The notes under the pieces: generated by a model
Told to the model about the DNA's origin: nothing
Databases searched by the model: none
The model's input: only the letters and a program-made list of their open reading frames with translations
DNA from: Escherichia phage vB_EcoM_Goslar
DNA: 64,000 bases
Strand: one strand, 5' to 3'
Sequence record: NC_048170.1
Made by a program: the position numbers and the translations under genes
Shown: positions 29,864-38,992 of the stretch, piece by piece
Layout of the letters: each line of letters begins with the position of its first letter
Numbering within the stretch: position 1 is the stretch's first letter

Positions 29864-30841
29864 TTACTTTTTCCTGAAAATCAATGTCGGTAAGCCGTTT
29901 CTTACAGCATAATACAACACTAAGAGGTTAATCTTGCCTGCGGATACCGTAAGCATTTTACGACGACGTGGTAAACTAACCGGTACGGTAGATGCCATCG
30001 TTGCGCTGTTCTTGAACGTTTGGGAATAACGTCGCAGCGACGCTTCACCTAACAATGGAAGGAACAGATCCTCGGTAAGAATATCATCGCAGATATACGT
30101 AATCGCAAGTAACGGCGGATTCCACTCGTTCAGGAACTCGAAAATCTCGTTTGCGATACCCAACGCATTATTAGGAAGCGGAACCTCACGAACGTATTTC
30201 TGATTGCCTTTATCCAGCAGGATTCTTGACATACAGTAATCGTGGATTATACCCGCGACGTCATCCGCTGTTTCTGCGTTCTGCATCAACGCCTGTGCTT
30301 CTTCCCAGGTCAGCTGACGTTTTGTTTCGTAGTAGGTTGGTTTCAAAACCGCGTAAAAATCATGGATCAAACGACCAACATCCCCACGAGTTTTTGTTGC
30401 TAACGCGACTGCGTACGCTTTCTTCTCCGCATCCGTTAAGATCTGATTACGCCACAGTTCGTATTCGTCTAACAGCTCGGTGTATTTGGCTGTCCATTCA
30501 GAGGAAAGATAATAACCAATACTGTCAATCAATGCGTGCGTTAAAACACCCAGACGCTCGCGTCGGGGATCGACCGACGGCTCATAGACAAAAGGTAGCT
30601 TCGGTTTTTCAAAGCCATTGGCTACGACGGTATCTGAAAAAGCGTTAGCGAAAACACCCATCGGTTTCCATGACGTAAGGAGATCCTGATATAGCATTGG
30701 ATGAACGTTATTAATCGCTGTGAGTTTATCATCGAAAAGACTTACGCTTGGATGTTCGGCATTCGCAAGCTCAAAATAAATTCTTTCGAGCAACGCCTTT
30801 ACCGCATCGCGTGTCTTATCGATTGGGCCAACAGAAGCCAT
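29864..30841 (-). CDS. hypothetical protein (325 aa)
   Basis: ORF track. Confidence 0.5.
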   Translation of the reverse strand: MASVGPIDKTRDAVKALLERIYFELANAEHPSVSLFDDKLTAINNVHPMLYQDLLTSWKPMGVFANAFSDTVVANGFEKPKLPFVYEPSVDPRRERLGVLTHALIDSIGYYLSSEWTAKYTELLDEYELWRNQILTDAEKKAYAVALATKTRGDVGRLIHDFYAVLKPTYYETKRQLTWEEAQALMQNAETADDVAGIIHDYCMSRILLDKGNQKYVREVPLPNNALGIANEIFEFLNEWNPPLLAITYICDDILTEDLFLPLLGEASLRRYSQTFKNSATMASTVPVSLPRRRKMLTVSAGKINLLVLYYAVRNGLPTLIFRKK

Positions 30842-30855
30842 GTAAATTATCCTCG

Positions 30856-31122
30856 TTAAAAAGTACCCATGATCGATAGGGCAATATGGTCTTTGTTCAC
30901 ACGCGCATTTAACGACATATCGAGACCGCTTTTCTTAATATGCCAGCGTGCCACCAGTTCCGGTTGGTCAACGGAATACAGCCCTTCTCGATGTTGATTC
31001 AACCATTTAGCAATCGGATGCAATTTATCGGGATTGACCACACCCAATTCCAAGCCACCCGGGGTTAATGGTTTAGAATAAAAGTCAAGTGCGTTCCGTA
31101 AAAAGTCATCCTCGATACTCAT
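30856..31122 (-). CDS. hypothetical protein (88 aa)
   Basis: ORF track. Confidence 0.4.
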   Translation of the reverse strand: MSIEDDFLRNALDFYSKPLTPGGLELGVVNPDKLHPIAKWLNQHREGLYSVDQPELVARWHIKKSGLDMSLNARVNKDHIALSIMGTF

Positions 31123-31311
31123 CGCAGCATACCCACCATGCCGATTACGGCAAACAGTATACCGACCGCACTATACGCAAGCAGCGCTTTAGCAACCCAA
31201 GATTTTATTTCCGTATACTCTTCATTATTCACCATGTCTCACCTCGTTCGGTTATTGTCTGATCTCATACCTTTACTTAAGCATATCCCCGTCATTAAGA
31301 CGGGGTGTTTA

Positions 31312-31686
31312 TCACCAGAGACGATTACCTTCCTCGTCCCACCAAGCAATCGCTCGTGTCGACTCGAATGTGTTAGGGCGTAACGTCATGCCCTTGCGGT
31401 CAACGATTAACCGCAACTCAGTACCGAACCACTCAATCGAGATAAACAAACCCTTCCGAATGATTGCTTGATAACCTGATAGCCGCTCAAAGAGTCGTTG
31501 AAAGATCTCATCATGCCCACACGACACTAATGCTTCTGAATAGCGTCGCATCGATTTTGCATCGCTAGGTAAACGTGTTTTACAATCCCACCATAACACA
31601 GCGTACATCAGTGCGGCATTACGCAATCGTAACGATTGAACTGGTGTTAGCTGCCGTCCTTCAACATCATCGATAATAACATACAT
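31312..31686 (-). CDS. hypothetical protein (124 aa)
   Basis: ORF track. Confidence 0.4.
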   Translation of the reverse strand: MYVIIDDVEGRQLTPVQSLRLRNAALMYAVLWWDCKTRLPSDAKSMRRYSEALVSCGHDEIFQRLFERLSGYQAIIRKGLFISIEWFGTELRLIVDRKGMTLRPNTFESTRAIAWWDEEGNRLW

Positions 31687-31692
31687 CGCATC

Positions 31693-31947
31693 TTATTCCG
31701 CGCTTGTTTCCTTAACATGGACACATTCCGCATCGATAGTCACACCGGTAGAACGATGGGTCTCGTTGGTAGAATCAAATCCGCTGTTGAACAACACTGC
31801 GAATGTGTTATTATCCATACGAGCAAAGGTCTCCGCAATACGATCGGGATGAAAATCAGTGCGGCTGATGGTCGATTTCACAAAAACTCCTATAAACAAT
31901 TTAATTATTGGTATTAAGATTAAAGCAGGATCTGCGGACAGCAGCAT
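31693..31947 (-). CDS. hypothetical protein (84 aa)
   Basis: ORF track; overlaps upstream gene. Confidence 0.3.
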   Translation of the reverse strand: MLLSADPALILIPIIKLFIGVFVKSTISRTDFHPDRIAETFARMDNNTFAVLFNSGFDSTNETHRSTGVTIDAECVHVKETSAE

Positions 31948-32405
31948 GATTCGTAACCACCTTCATGCGGTAACGTATTGCTGGTGTCAGGCCAAACGAG
32001 CTGAATACCTGTAACTTTTTTACCATATCGAGCGAAAGCCGCTATCGCATACACTTCGTTGAAGGATTCAATATCCTCTATTTCACGCACGTCAAGACGC
32101 AAGGTTTCACCCGTACCTTTCAGAGTTAGATTGCCATCGAACGCGCCTAACGGGATGGTCTTTGCCTTCACCATGAAGTTACCCAGTTTGTTGATTGCTG
32201 AACCGAGAGCAGGGCAATAACCGGATACGAAGATTTCCGGCATTCCGTGTTCGGTTAGACCAACAGTATACATAAAGCCAGGCTCGTCGCTTCCCTCATC
32301 AGGAGCGACACTGATAATAGCCCACTGCTTTTTCTCGATATATTCTTCGATAAAATCGTCCAGTTTTGAAAAATTGTTTTCATTAAGTTTAACTGTGTTA
32401 CTCAT
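31920..32405 (-). CDS. hypothetical protein (161 aa)
   Basis: ORF track. Confidence 0.45.
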   Translation of the reverse strand: MSNTVKLNENNFSKLDDFIEEYIEKKQWAIISVAPDEGSDEPGFMYTVGLTEHGMPEIFVSGYCPALGSAINKLGNFMVKAKTIPLGAFDGNLTLKGTGETLRLDVREIEDIESFNEVYAIAAFARYGKKVTGIQLVWPDTSNTLPHEGGYESCCCPQILL

Positions 32406-32679
32406 GTTCTTTATCCTTTAATGCGTTTTCTAACCAGCGGACATAACTTTCACGATAAAGGTGAATATGTCTTTTACCGTCGCGAAAGTTAGGGTCAATA
32501 AGATGAATCGCAGCATGGGTTGAGGTCGTCGCATGCTGTAAATGTTTTCGTGTTAATCGCCCAAGTTTTACCCAACGTTGAATATACCGTGCGTCTGCCG
32601 CTAAACAGGTACGTTCATCGATGAAAGGTACCAATACCTGAACGATACTACCGTAATACACCATCGAACTGTTGAACAT
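32398..32679 (-). CDS. hypothetical protein (93 aa)
   Basis: ORF track. Confidence 0.4.
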   Translation of the reverse strand: MFNSSMVYYGSIVQVLVPFIDERTCLAADARYIQRWVKLGRLTRKHLQHATTSTHAAIHLIDPNFRDGKRHIHLYRESYVRWLENALKDKEHE

Positions 32680-32709
32680 CTGCGTCTCCGTGCAAATGGA
32701 TGGGGCGGA

Positions 32710-33018
32710 TTAGTGAAGAATTACCGTTTGCGATCCGTTCTCGTATTCGGTAAGTAACTCGTCGTACCGACGATCGACTGCCTTGATTGCATTATCAATC
32801 TCCGACGTGTCTGATACAACAGATCGTTTCGCTTCCAGTCGATATACTAACGCATCACGCATACCCTCGGCTGCAGCGAGTTCACAGGTTGCTTGATGTT
32901 TATTATCCGAAAAGACGAAGAATGGTTTGTTCTCTTCATCAGCCAAGAAGTAGTTACGAATCTCAACCAGCCTTTCATCTGGAACCAGGTTACAACTGTT
33001 TTCGTTCATTCTCATCAT
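32710..33018 (-). CDS. hypothetical protein (102 aa)
   Basis: ORF track. Confidence 0.4.
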   Translation of the reverse strand: MMRMNENSCNLVPDERLVEIRNYFLADEENKPFFVFSDNKHQATCELAAAEGMRDALVYRLEAKRSVVSDTSEIDNAIKAVDRRYDELLTEYENGSQTVILH

Positions 33019-33023
33019 CTCTC

Positions 33024-33356
33024 TTAAAGTTTTAACGTATTGACGCCGCTTATAAAGGCGTTGATTTCATTGTCGATGTTACCGGTTTGCTCGATAATCT
33101 TCTCCACCATCAATCTTGGTTTGTTATAAGCAATACTTACAGCATCGGGACCATTCCCATACATGCTCGCCACGTAAATTCGAAGTTCTTTTAAACGATC
33201 AAGTAACAACTGCGCGATTTCCAGAACTTCTTCTGTGGCGGTCTGTACATTGCATTCGCGTAACTTGTGCTCTAACAGCGATGTCGCGGCATCGAGCATG
33301 GATGTGTATTTACGGTAGTTATAAATATCAATTATAGCTGTCTGATTCATATACAC
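33024..33356 (-). CDS. hypothetical protein (110 aa)
   Basis: ORF track. Confidence 0.4.
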   Translation of the reverse strand: MYMNQTAIIDIYNYRKYTSMLDAATSLLEHKLRECNVQTATEEVLEIAQLLLDRLKELRIYVASMYGNGPDAVSIAYNKPRLMVEKIIEQTGNIDNEINAFISGVNTLKL

Positions 33357-33361
33357 GTTAT

Positions 33362-33730
33362 TTATTTATCGGGGTCTGGAAAATAGTAAAATCGCCAATG
33401 TAACATAGAAATCGCATTTCTTATTCGATTCGCACGAACACGACGTCCGAGAAAGGACTTGTAGCAAGAATCGCAATCCATAAACAACTCATGGCTCGAT
33501 TTCATCAGAACCACGATGTCTCTTATATACGAATTGCAGTACTCGATAAACGGATCTGTATCGTACGTATATTTCCTCGCACTACCTATCCCCAACTCCC
33601 TATTTAACTCACGACAATTTATCATGAGCTTCACATAACGGATAAGCCGAACGAAGTCACGTAAATTACGATTAAACCAATATCGATACCAAAATGACCG
33701 TATATCCCAAACAGTTCTATTTAACTTCAT
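33362..33730 (-). CDS. hypothetical protein (122 aa)
   Basis: ORF track. Confidence 0.4.
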   Translation of the reverse strand: MKLNRTVWDIRSFWYRYWFNRNLRDFVRLIRYVKLMINCRELNRELGIGSARKYTYDTDPFIEYCNSYIRDIVVLMKSSHELFMDCDSCYKSFLGRRVRANRIRNAISMLHWRFYYFPDPDK

Positions 33731-34361
33731 TGATACCTTCTATTAGTTGTACAGCAACTTCTTTTTCGGTGCTATAAAAGAACTTGCGGTGGAACTGAAC
33801 AAGAAGCTTTTCGAATTTACATTGAACGATCTTTTTGCGTTCGATGTGACCCAGGGAGAGCAAAGCACCCATGCAGCGTACCGCTTGTTCGAGAACCTGT
33901 TTCGCGGTATCGTGATCGTCCGGTAACGGTAAATCTTCCTCGTCATCTTTAGCGATAAGACGTCTAATGATATTATCGATACGTATCTCATCACCGTTAA
34001 TGAAAGCGCCTTTCTCCCATTCATCAAATCGTTGATGGATTCGACGTTGTAAGTTGGCCCTGTCTTCCATTAACTCTTTCAACTGGCTTTCTAAGTTGAA
34101 TACGGTACGGCGGTCGGTATCAGTGAAGTTTTCCGATTCTTTGTACCACCAATCATTACGCGCTTGTAAGTCACTAATGCGAGAAATCGTCCGACGACAC
34201 TCGTTAACAAACGCATCACCGTTCGATAGCTCCGTACCGAAATAGCATTTGTATTTATAACGCATAACGCGGATTAGACGTTTCGCTAGAAAACCTTGCT
34301 TTTCCAGTTTCTTCTTCAATTGCGTGTATTTCTCTTCTTTTGTTTCCGCGATATCTTTCAT
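33717..34361 (-). CDS. hypothetical protein (214 aa)
   Basis: ORF track. Confidence 0.45.
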   Translation of the reverse strand: MKDIAETKEEKYTQLKKKLEKQGFLAKRLIRVMRYKYKCYFGTELSNGDAFVNECRRTISRISDLQARNDWWYKESENFTDTDRRTVFNLESQLKELMEDRANLQRRIHQRFDEWEKGAFINGDEIRIDNIIRRLIAKDDEEDLPLPDDHDTAKQVLEQAVRCMGALLSLGHIERKKIVQCKFEKLLVQFHRKFFYSTEKEVAVQLIEGINEVK

Positions 34362-34708
34362 GCCATATTCTCCGTTATATGCTTTAAACTGTTACGTATA
34401 CTTTTCAATCGACGATTAAATCCGGAACGATAACATTTCCGTACAACCCTTGGCGCTCGCGCTTTATTCGCCTGGTGAAGCTGTTCATTCACCTGCGACG
34501 CTATACGTAAACGTTCTAATAAAGACCTCAACCGAACGACAACCAACGGTTGTTCTTTCACCTTCTCTAGTTTGAGTAAAGAGTCAATATGAAACTTTAT
34601 ATCGATAATCTGATTCCTGTTTTTGCGGTACTGATGAATATACCAGCATCGACGAAAATAGGTGATGCTAAGCATAGGGTGGATCCTCTTCAACGCTATC
34701 TCCAACAA
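34358..34708 (-). CDS. small basic protein (116 aa)
   Basis: ORF track; Arg/Lys-rich. Confidence 0.4.
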   Translation of the reverse strand: MLEIALKRIHPMLSITYFRRCWYIHQYRKNRNQIIDIKFHIDSLLKLEKVKEQPLVVVRLRSLLERLRIASQVNEQLHQANKARAPRVVRKCYRSGFNRRLKSIRNSLKHITENMA

Positions 34709-34893
34709 TACATCGGATTAGGTGCTTTATGGCATTTATAAATACCTACTTTCTTCTGTCTACCTTTACCTGGGCCTCGTTTAACGCGTTTGTTATAAAC
34801 ACGATCCAAATATCGAGTGGCGATAAATCGGGATGAATACACCGGGTCGATATATTCTAGCGTACCTGCTTCTGTCACTTCGAGACATTGCAT
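34696..34893 (-). CDS. small basic protein with K-R-G-P-G-K-G-R motif (family member 2)
   Basis: ...YNKRVKRGPGKGRQKKV. Confidence 0.4.
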   Translation of the reverse strand: MQCLEVTEAGTLEYIDPVYSSRFIATRYLDRVYNKRVKRGPGKGRQKKVGIYKCHKAPNPMYCWR

Positions 34894-34919
34894 TCGTAAC
34901 CTCTCTTTCCTCTAAAAAG

Positions 34920-35126
34920 TCAGTCCAACATAAGCCACGGCATCGCTTTCGCGATAGAATCCACCGCAGCATTTGCGATCCTTCGTTCAGTCGTTGGTAC
35001 CACATGCGCAACAAACCGTTTCCCTTTATTGCAACCTTTCTTGTGTTTTCCTTTGACTAAACGAACACCGATCATGTCGCTGATAACATGATTTAGTATG
35101 TGGCGCTGTAGAGAATTAATCATCAC
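34920..35126 (-). CDS. small basic protein with degenerate K-K-G-x-x-K-G-K motif (family member 3)
   Basis: ...LVKGKHKKGCNKGKRF. Confidence 0.35.
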   Translation of the reverse strand: MMINSLQRHILNHVISDMIGVRLVKGKHKKGCNKGKRFVAHVVPTTERRIANAAVDSIAKAMPWLMLD

Positions 35127-35262
35127 TTTTACTCCAGGCTGAGAAGATTCTCGGTTTTAGTTCTATCTGTCCACATATCCAGGTGTATCTCCATTTACCT
35201 TTACGAGGACCTTTCTTATTTTTAACACCTATCAGAATACGGTAGGGGTACGACCAAGTCAT
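35116..35262 (-). CDS. small basic protein (48 aa) with K-K-G-P-R-K-G-K motif (family member 4), below ORF-track cutoff
   Basis: Hand translation from ATG 35262: MTWSYPYRILIGVKNKKGPRKGKWRYTWICGQIELKPRIFSAWSKSDD, stop at 35118..35116. Confidence 0.3.
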   Translation of the reverse strand: MTWSYPYRILIGVKNKKGPRKGKWRYTWICGQIELKPRIFSAWSKSDD

Positions 35263-35291
35263 TCTAACCTCCTAAATAAATCTCAATGTTC

Positions 35292-35618
35292 TTAATGCAG
35301 TTGCTTCTTAAAACCTAATTTAAGAAGCGTCATTCTCTTGTCGATGGTATCTAATGCTTCCAGCAAGGATTCACGCTGTTCTTTCGTAAGCATATCGACG
35401 CGTAGACGTTCGTTAATTTCTGCTTTAAGCTGTATAGGAAGGGTTTGTGTAAGTATGCTATCAGCCTCCATCTCGTAACTATTTTTCGGTATGGGTAATG
35501 CTTCAGTAACACCAGTGAGATAAAAACCGATAGTGGTTACTCGTTCATCCATTGCTTCTAACAGTTCAGAACTTACTTCATCCACGATAGTCCTCCGTAT
35601 TAGGGTGGGCGTACCCAC
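35292..35618 (-). CDS. hypothetical protein (start uncertain)
   Basis: ORF track; first codon is GTG inside a hairpin; alternative ATG at 35552. Confidence 0.4.
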   Translation of the reverse strand: MGTPTLIRRTIVDEVSSELLEAMDERVTTIGFYLTGVTEALPIPKNSYEMEADSILTQTLPIQLKAEINERLRVDMLTKEQRESLLEALDTIDKRMTLLKLGFKKQLH

Positions 35619-35632
35619 CCTCAGTTGTTAAT

Positions 35633-36652
35633 TTACACCGCCACCTTAGCCTTGATAGCGGGGTGTGATTGATATCCGACGAACACAAAGTCTTCGTAAC
35701 GGTAATCCGTAATACTTTCTGGTTTACGTACGATTGTTAGCTTCGGTAATGGATACGGCTCACGACTAAGTTGTTCTTTAACCTGTTCGAAGTGGTTGTG
35801 ATAGATGTGACAATCTCCACCCGTCCACACGAACTCACCAACGTCCATATTCAGCTGTTGGGCAAGCATGTGTGTCAGCAGTGAATATGATGCGATGTTA
35901 AAGGGAGTCCCTAAAACTGTGTCCTGTGATCTTGCGAGTAGCATGCATGATAAGGCGCGTGTCGGTACGTTGTGTGTATTCAACCAAAGTTCCGTTTCAC
36001 TGTGTCGTACATCATCCGTAACCCACTGGGTTCTTAATACGTCGTTGCGTTGAACATAATCAACACGTTCATCGATCGTGAGCTCGTGGGTATAGAACTG
36101 ATAGAAACTGTGGCATGCGGGAAGCGCCATATCGTCTAAATCACCTACGTTCCATGCGCTAACGATGATCCGTCGAGAATCAGGGTCTTCTTTAAGCTGA
36201 CGCATCACGTTTGCGATTTGGTCGTGGTGTTTAACATACAAGAGATGTTTGACCATACCGGCGTCAACAACACCGCAATACTCATAGCCGCGTTGCATCA
36301 ACTCACGAGTACGTTCTGTATCGTGCGGAACAACCACTTTGTAGTCGATCCATTCCCGCCATTGTTTGCCGTAAATCGGTCCTAGATTCCCTTCTTCGTC
36401 AGCCCATTCATTCCAGATACGAACACCGTTATCTTGAAGATAAGCAACGTTTGTGTCGCCGTTAAGAAACCAGAGCAGTTCGTGGATAACGCTCTTAAGG
36501 TGAATCTTCTTGGTGGTTACCAGCGGGAATCCTTTCTTCAAGTCAAAACGCATCTGACGCCCGAATACGGAACGGGTCCCGGTGCCTGTACGATCAGCTT
36601 TATCGCGACCGTTATCCATGATGTCTTGCAAAAGGTCCAAATACTGTTTCAT
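35633..36652 (-). CDS. thyA: thymidylate synthase (ThyA family) with two insertions
   Basis: [15 protein letters not shown]...[59 protein letters not shown] (catalytic Cys), [25 protein letters not shown]; 339 aa versus about 264 aa for bacterial ThyA. Confidence 0.9.
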   Translation of the reverse strand: MKQYLDLLQDIMDNGRDKADRTGTGTRSVFGRQMRFDLKKGFPLVTTKKIHLKSVIHELLWFLNGDTNVAYLQDNGVRIWNEWADEEGNLGPIYGKQWREWIDYKVVVPHDTERTRELMQRGYEYCGVVDAGMVKHLLYVKHHDQIANVMRQLKEDPDSRRIIVSAWNVGDLDDMALPACHSFYQFYTHELTIDERVDYVQRNDVLRTQWVTDDVRHSETELWLNTHNVPTRALSCMLLARSQDTVLGTPFNIASYSLLTHMLAQQLNMDVGEFVWTGGDCHIYHNHFEQVKEQLSREPYPLPKLTIVRKPESITDYRYEDFVFVGYQSHPAIKAKVAV

Positions 36653-36852
36653 TTTAATCCTCTAAGTGTTTCAAGTAGTTCCTGAAATTTATAACGATAT
36701 TTAGGATCGCTTAACGTGTAGCAGCAACCATGTAACACGTTATACGCGTAATCGGCTTGTAAACCACGAACCTTCGGATCCAATGATAGATTCAACGGTG
36801 CATCATCAAAAATCCACGCTTCAATGTTCTTCTTGGATTCCTTCGTTAACAT
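36649..36852 (-). CDS. hypothetical protein (67 aa)
   Basis: ORF track; ATGA overlap with thyA start. Confidence 0.4.
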   Translation of the reverse strand: MLTKESKKNIEAWIFDDAPLNLSLDPKVRGLQADYAYNVLHGCCYTLSDPKYRYKFQELLETLRGLK

Positions 36853-36972
36853 CGTTTTTCACCTCGTCGTAAAAGTAAATAGAGTTTTGTCGAGACGCCC
36901 TAATTACTTACAACGTCGGTTCTCCCGGCTTCAGAGAATTCTTAAAATCCGTTAGTTTTGATAGATAGGGTA

Positions 36973-37005
36973 AGACGGCATAAAAGCCTCCCATTACGGG
37001 AGGCT
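36973..37005 (-). terminator. rho-independent terminator (8-bp stem AGCCTCCC/GGGAGGCT, loop attac, UUUUAUG on minus strand)
   Basis: Inverted repeat 36985..37005 just downstream of 37018..37566. Confidence 0.6.
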
Positions 37006-37017
37006 CTATTAATCAGC

Positions 37018-37566
37018 TTATTTCACAAGAACAGCGAATTCGAGAACATGAATAGCTTCATCGTCCATCGGATTTGTCGTGGTATAACCGACGAAGCAAT
37101 AGCCCATATCCACGATAAACTCTCTAAGTTTATCGATGACTGATGCCCCGATACGATCGTCAACAGACAGGCGACATTTACGGGTTATGTTTTGCCCGCG
37201 AGGAACGCCAGCTAACACGGATAGGAAATGTACGATCCGGTTATTGGTTGCGAACTGCTTGAAATCATCGTAGTGCTTAAGGTCTTTCATCGCAGACTCT
37301 ACCGTCATACGACGACCAGGCGACACATACTCAGAATAAGAATAAGCTGCAATCGTGCGGCGGTCTTCAGTGAGGTAAGTATTCCCTTCGGGATGATAGC
37401 TCTCGATTGTTCCGTCTTCATAAGCGACGGTCACAACAGGTGCGCCGTACTCGTCGCGACCGAAATCAATTTTACATTTATCCGAAAGCGGTAGAACCGT
37501 GCAAGGTTTTGCGTTGTTCTCATCAGGGAGATCGTAACCACTCATCATTTTCAAGAACATAGACAT
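37018..37566 (-). CDS. hypothetical protein (182 aa), paralog of 37653..38186
   Basis: Shared MS.I.K.M...D.SD.NNAKP and ATYAYS motifs, similar C-terminal ending VLVK/VIVK. Confidence 0.5.
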   Translation of the reverse strand: MSMFLKMMSGYDLPDENNAKPCTVLPLSDKCKIDFGRDEYGAPVVTVAYEDGTIESYHPEGNTYLTEDRRTIAAYSYSEYVSPGRRMTVESAMKDLKHYDDFKQFATNNRIVHFLSVLAGVPRGQNITRKCRLSVDDRIGASVIDKLREFIVDMGYCFVGYTTTNPMDDEAIHVLEFAVLVK

Positions 37567-37604
37567 AATAGAACCTCATGATAATAGATAATAGAAATGA
37601 TAGA

Positions 37605-37642
37605 TAGTACAACAAATTGAGGGGGTATTATCCCACCCCCTC
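37605..37642 (-). terminator. terminator-like hairpin (stem GAGGGGGT/ACCCCCTC) downstream of 37653..38186
   Basis: Inverted repeat 37619..37642 followed on minus strand by CAAUUUGUUGU. Confidence 0.5.
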
Positions 37643-37652
37643 GTAGGGATTA

Positions 37653-38186
37653 CTACTTAACGATCACGATGATTTTTCCGCCCGCACCAGCGTAATATGC
37701 CGTTAAATTACCAGTAAACAACTCTTGTAAAAGACGATTTACGTGACTAACAAAGTTAGGATTGTCTGATTTTACAAACTCGATATTGCGCGTTTGTTTT
37801 ATATCACGATCGATTAAGCGTATTTCCAACAACGCACAAATAAGGCGATCGTCAAGTTTACCACTTGCATCCAGCACTTCTCCATACTTCGTAGCACGGA
37901 CGTCTGCATACATACGGTCAACATCATCCTTCCCAAAACCACAGGAATAGGCGTACGTTGCGATGGTATTACCATTGTCCATCACATAAACGTTACCGCC
38001 TGGGTAATCGATGAATCGTTGATCCTTATCACCATGAGCGACGAACTCCAGTGTCGGTCTACCTAGTGAATCGCGATTGAATTCGATTGTGGTCAAACGG
38101 TCAGGCACCACATGCAATGTAAACGGTTTCGCATTGTTACGATCGCTAGTATCGCAGTTAGCCATTACTTTTACAATAACACTCAT
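37653..38186 (-). CDS. hypothetical protein (177 aa), paralog of 37018..37566
   Basis: See paralog. Confidence 0.5.
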   Translation of the reverse strand: MSVIVKVMANCDTSDRNNAKPFTLHVVPDRLTTIEFNRDSLGRPTLEFVAHGDKDQRFIDYPGGNVYVMDNGNTIATYAYSCGFGKDDVDRMYADVRATKYGEVLDASGKLDDRLICALLEIRLIDRDIKQTRNIEFVKSDNPNFVSHVNRLLQELFTGNLTAYYAGAGGKIIVIVK

Positions 38187-38262
38187 GTTTATTCCTTAGT
38201 AGTCCTAGTAGTAGTAGTATTGAGGAATTTCACCTCATTAGATAATCAACTTTGGTAATGTT

Positions 38263-38595
38263 TTACTGAAACAAGACATTAAATTCGACGAGATACCCAT
38301 CGGATCTATCACCACGATATCTGTTGCAGAAAACACCGAATTTCATCAAGAACGCACATAACTCTTCGGCTTTGTATAGCGGAATACGATTTTCGTCGAG
38401 CAGAGGGCACTTATGGCTAACCCGCTCCGACGAATCAACGCAACACAAATAAAGAAGGAACCGAACGATAGCCCGGTTCTTAGTGAAGCTCTCGAATTCA
38501 CCTGCAGTTCTGAACTCATCGAGGAGCTTTGTCGTTTTCTTCAATCGTTCACGATCAAGCATGTTAACCTCAACACGAACATAACCCTCCTCCAA
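38263..38595 (-). CDS. hypothetical protein (110 aa)
   Basis: ORF track. Confidence 0.4.
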   Translation of the reverse strand: MEEGYVRVEVNMLDRERLKKTTKLLDEFRTAGEFESFTKNRAIVRFLLYLCCVDSSERVSHKCPLLDENRIPLYKAEELCAFLMKFGVFCNRYRGDRSDGYLVEFNVLFQ

Positions 38596-38626
38596 CCCGT
38601 AAGGGAAGGAGGAGGTGATTATGCTG

Positions 38627-38941
38627 TTATTCTGTTTTAGGTGATGAGCCGTTCTTCTTGAAGTCGGATTCGTATTTCACGTTAGAATCGAGAACCTCAC
38701 GAACGGTTTTATCCGTACAGCCACGAGCGATGTATGCATTAAGATCATCACGTAATTTACGCATCGTTGTTTTATCCGCATCAGAAATATCTGACTTGGT
38801 AAGACGGAATGCGATTGCATCACGAATTTTATTCAACGTTGCTGGGTTATTACGCTGCTCTACAAATACCGCTTTGATGAATGTACCGCTATCTTTCGAA
38901 GCGATGGCTGCATCAAGAATCTCAATATGCTTTTCAGACAT
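38627..38941 (-). CDS. hypothetical protein (104 aa)
   Basis: ORF track. Confidence 0.4.
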   Translation of the reverse strand: MSEKHIEILDAAIASKDSGTFIKAVFVEQRNNPATLNKIRDAIAFRLTKSDISDADKTTMRKLRDDLNAYIARGCTDKTVREVLDSNVKYESDFKKNGSSPKTE

Positions 38942-38992
38942 CTTCTTTCCTTTAATAAACGATCATCGTCATATTCATTGCGCAGGACGCTA

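Noticed and set aside
38585-38615. Hairpin-like inverted repeat CCCTCCTCC...GGAGGAGG at 38585..38615 as a terminator
   Set aside because: It overlaps the start codon and first codons (MEEG) of 38263..38595, so the GGAGG arm is more likely a ribosome-binding site and coding sequence
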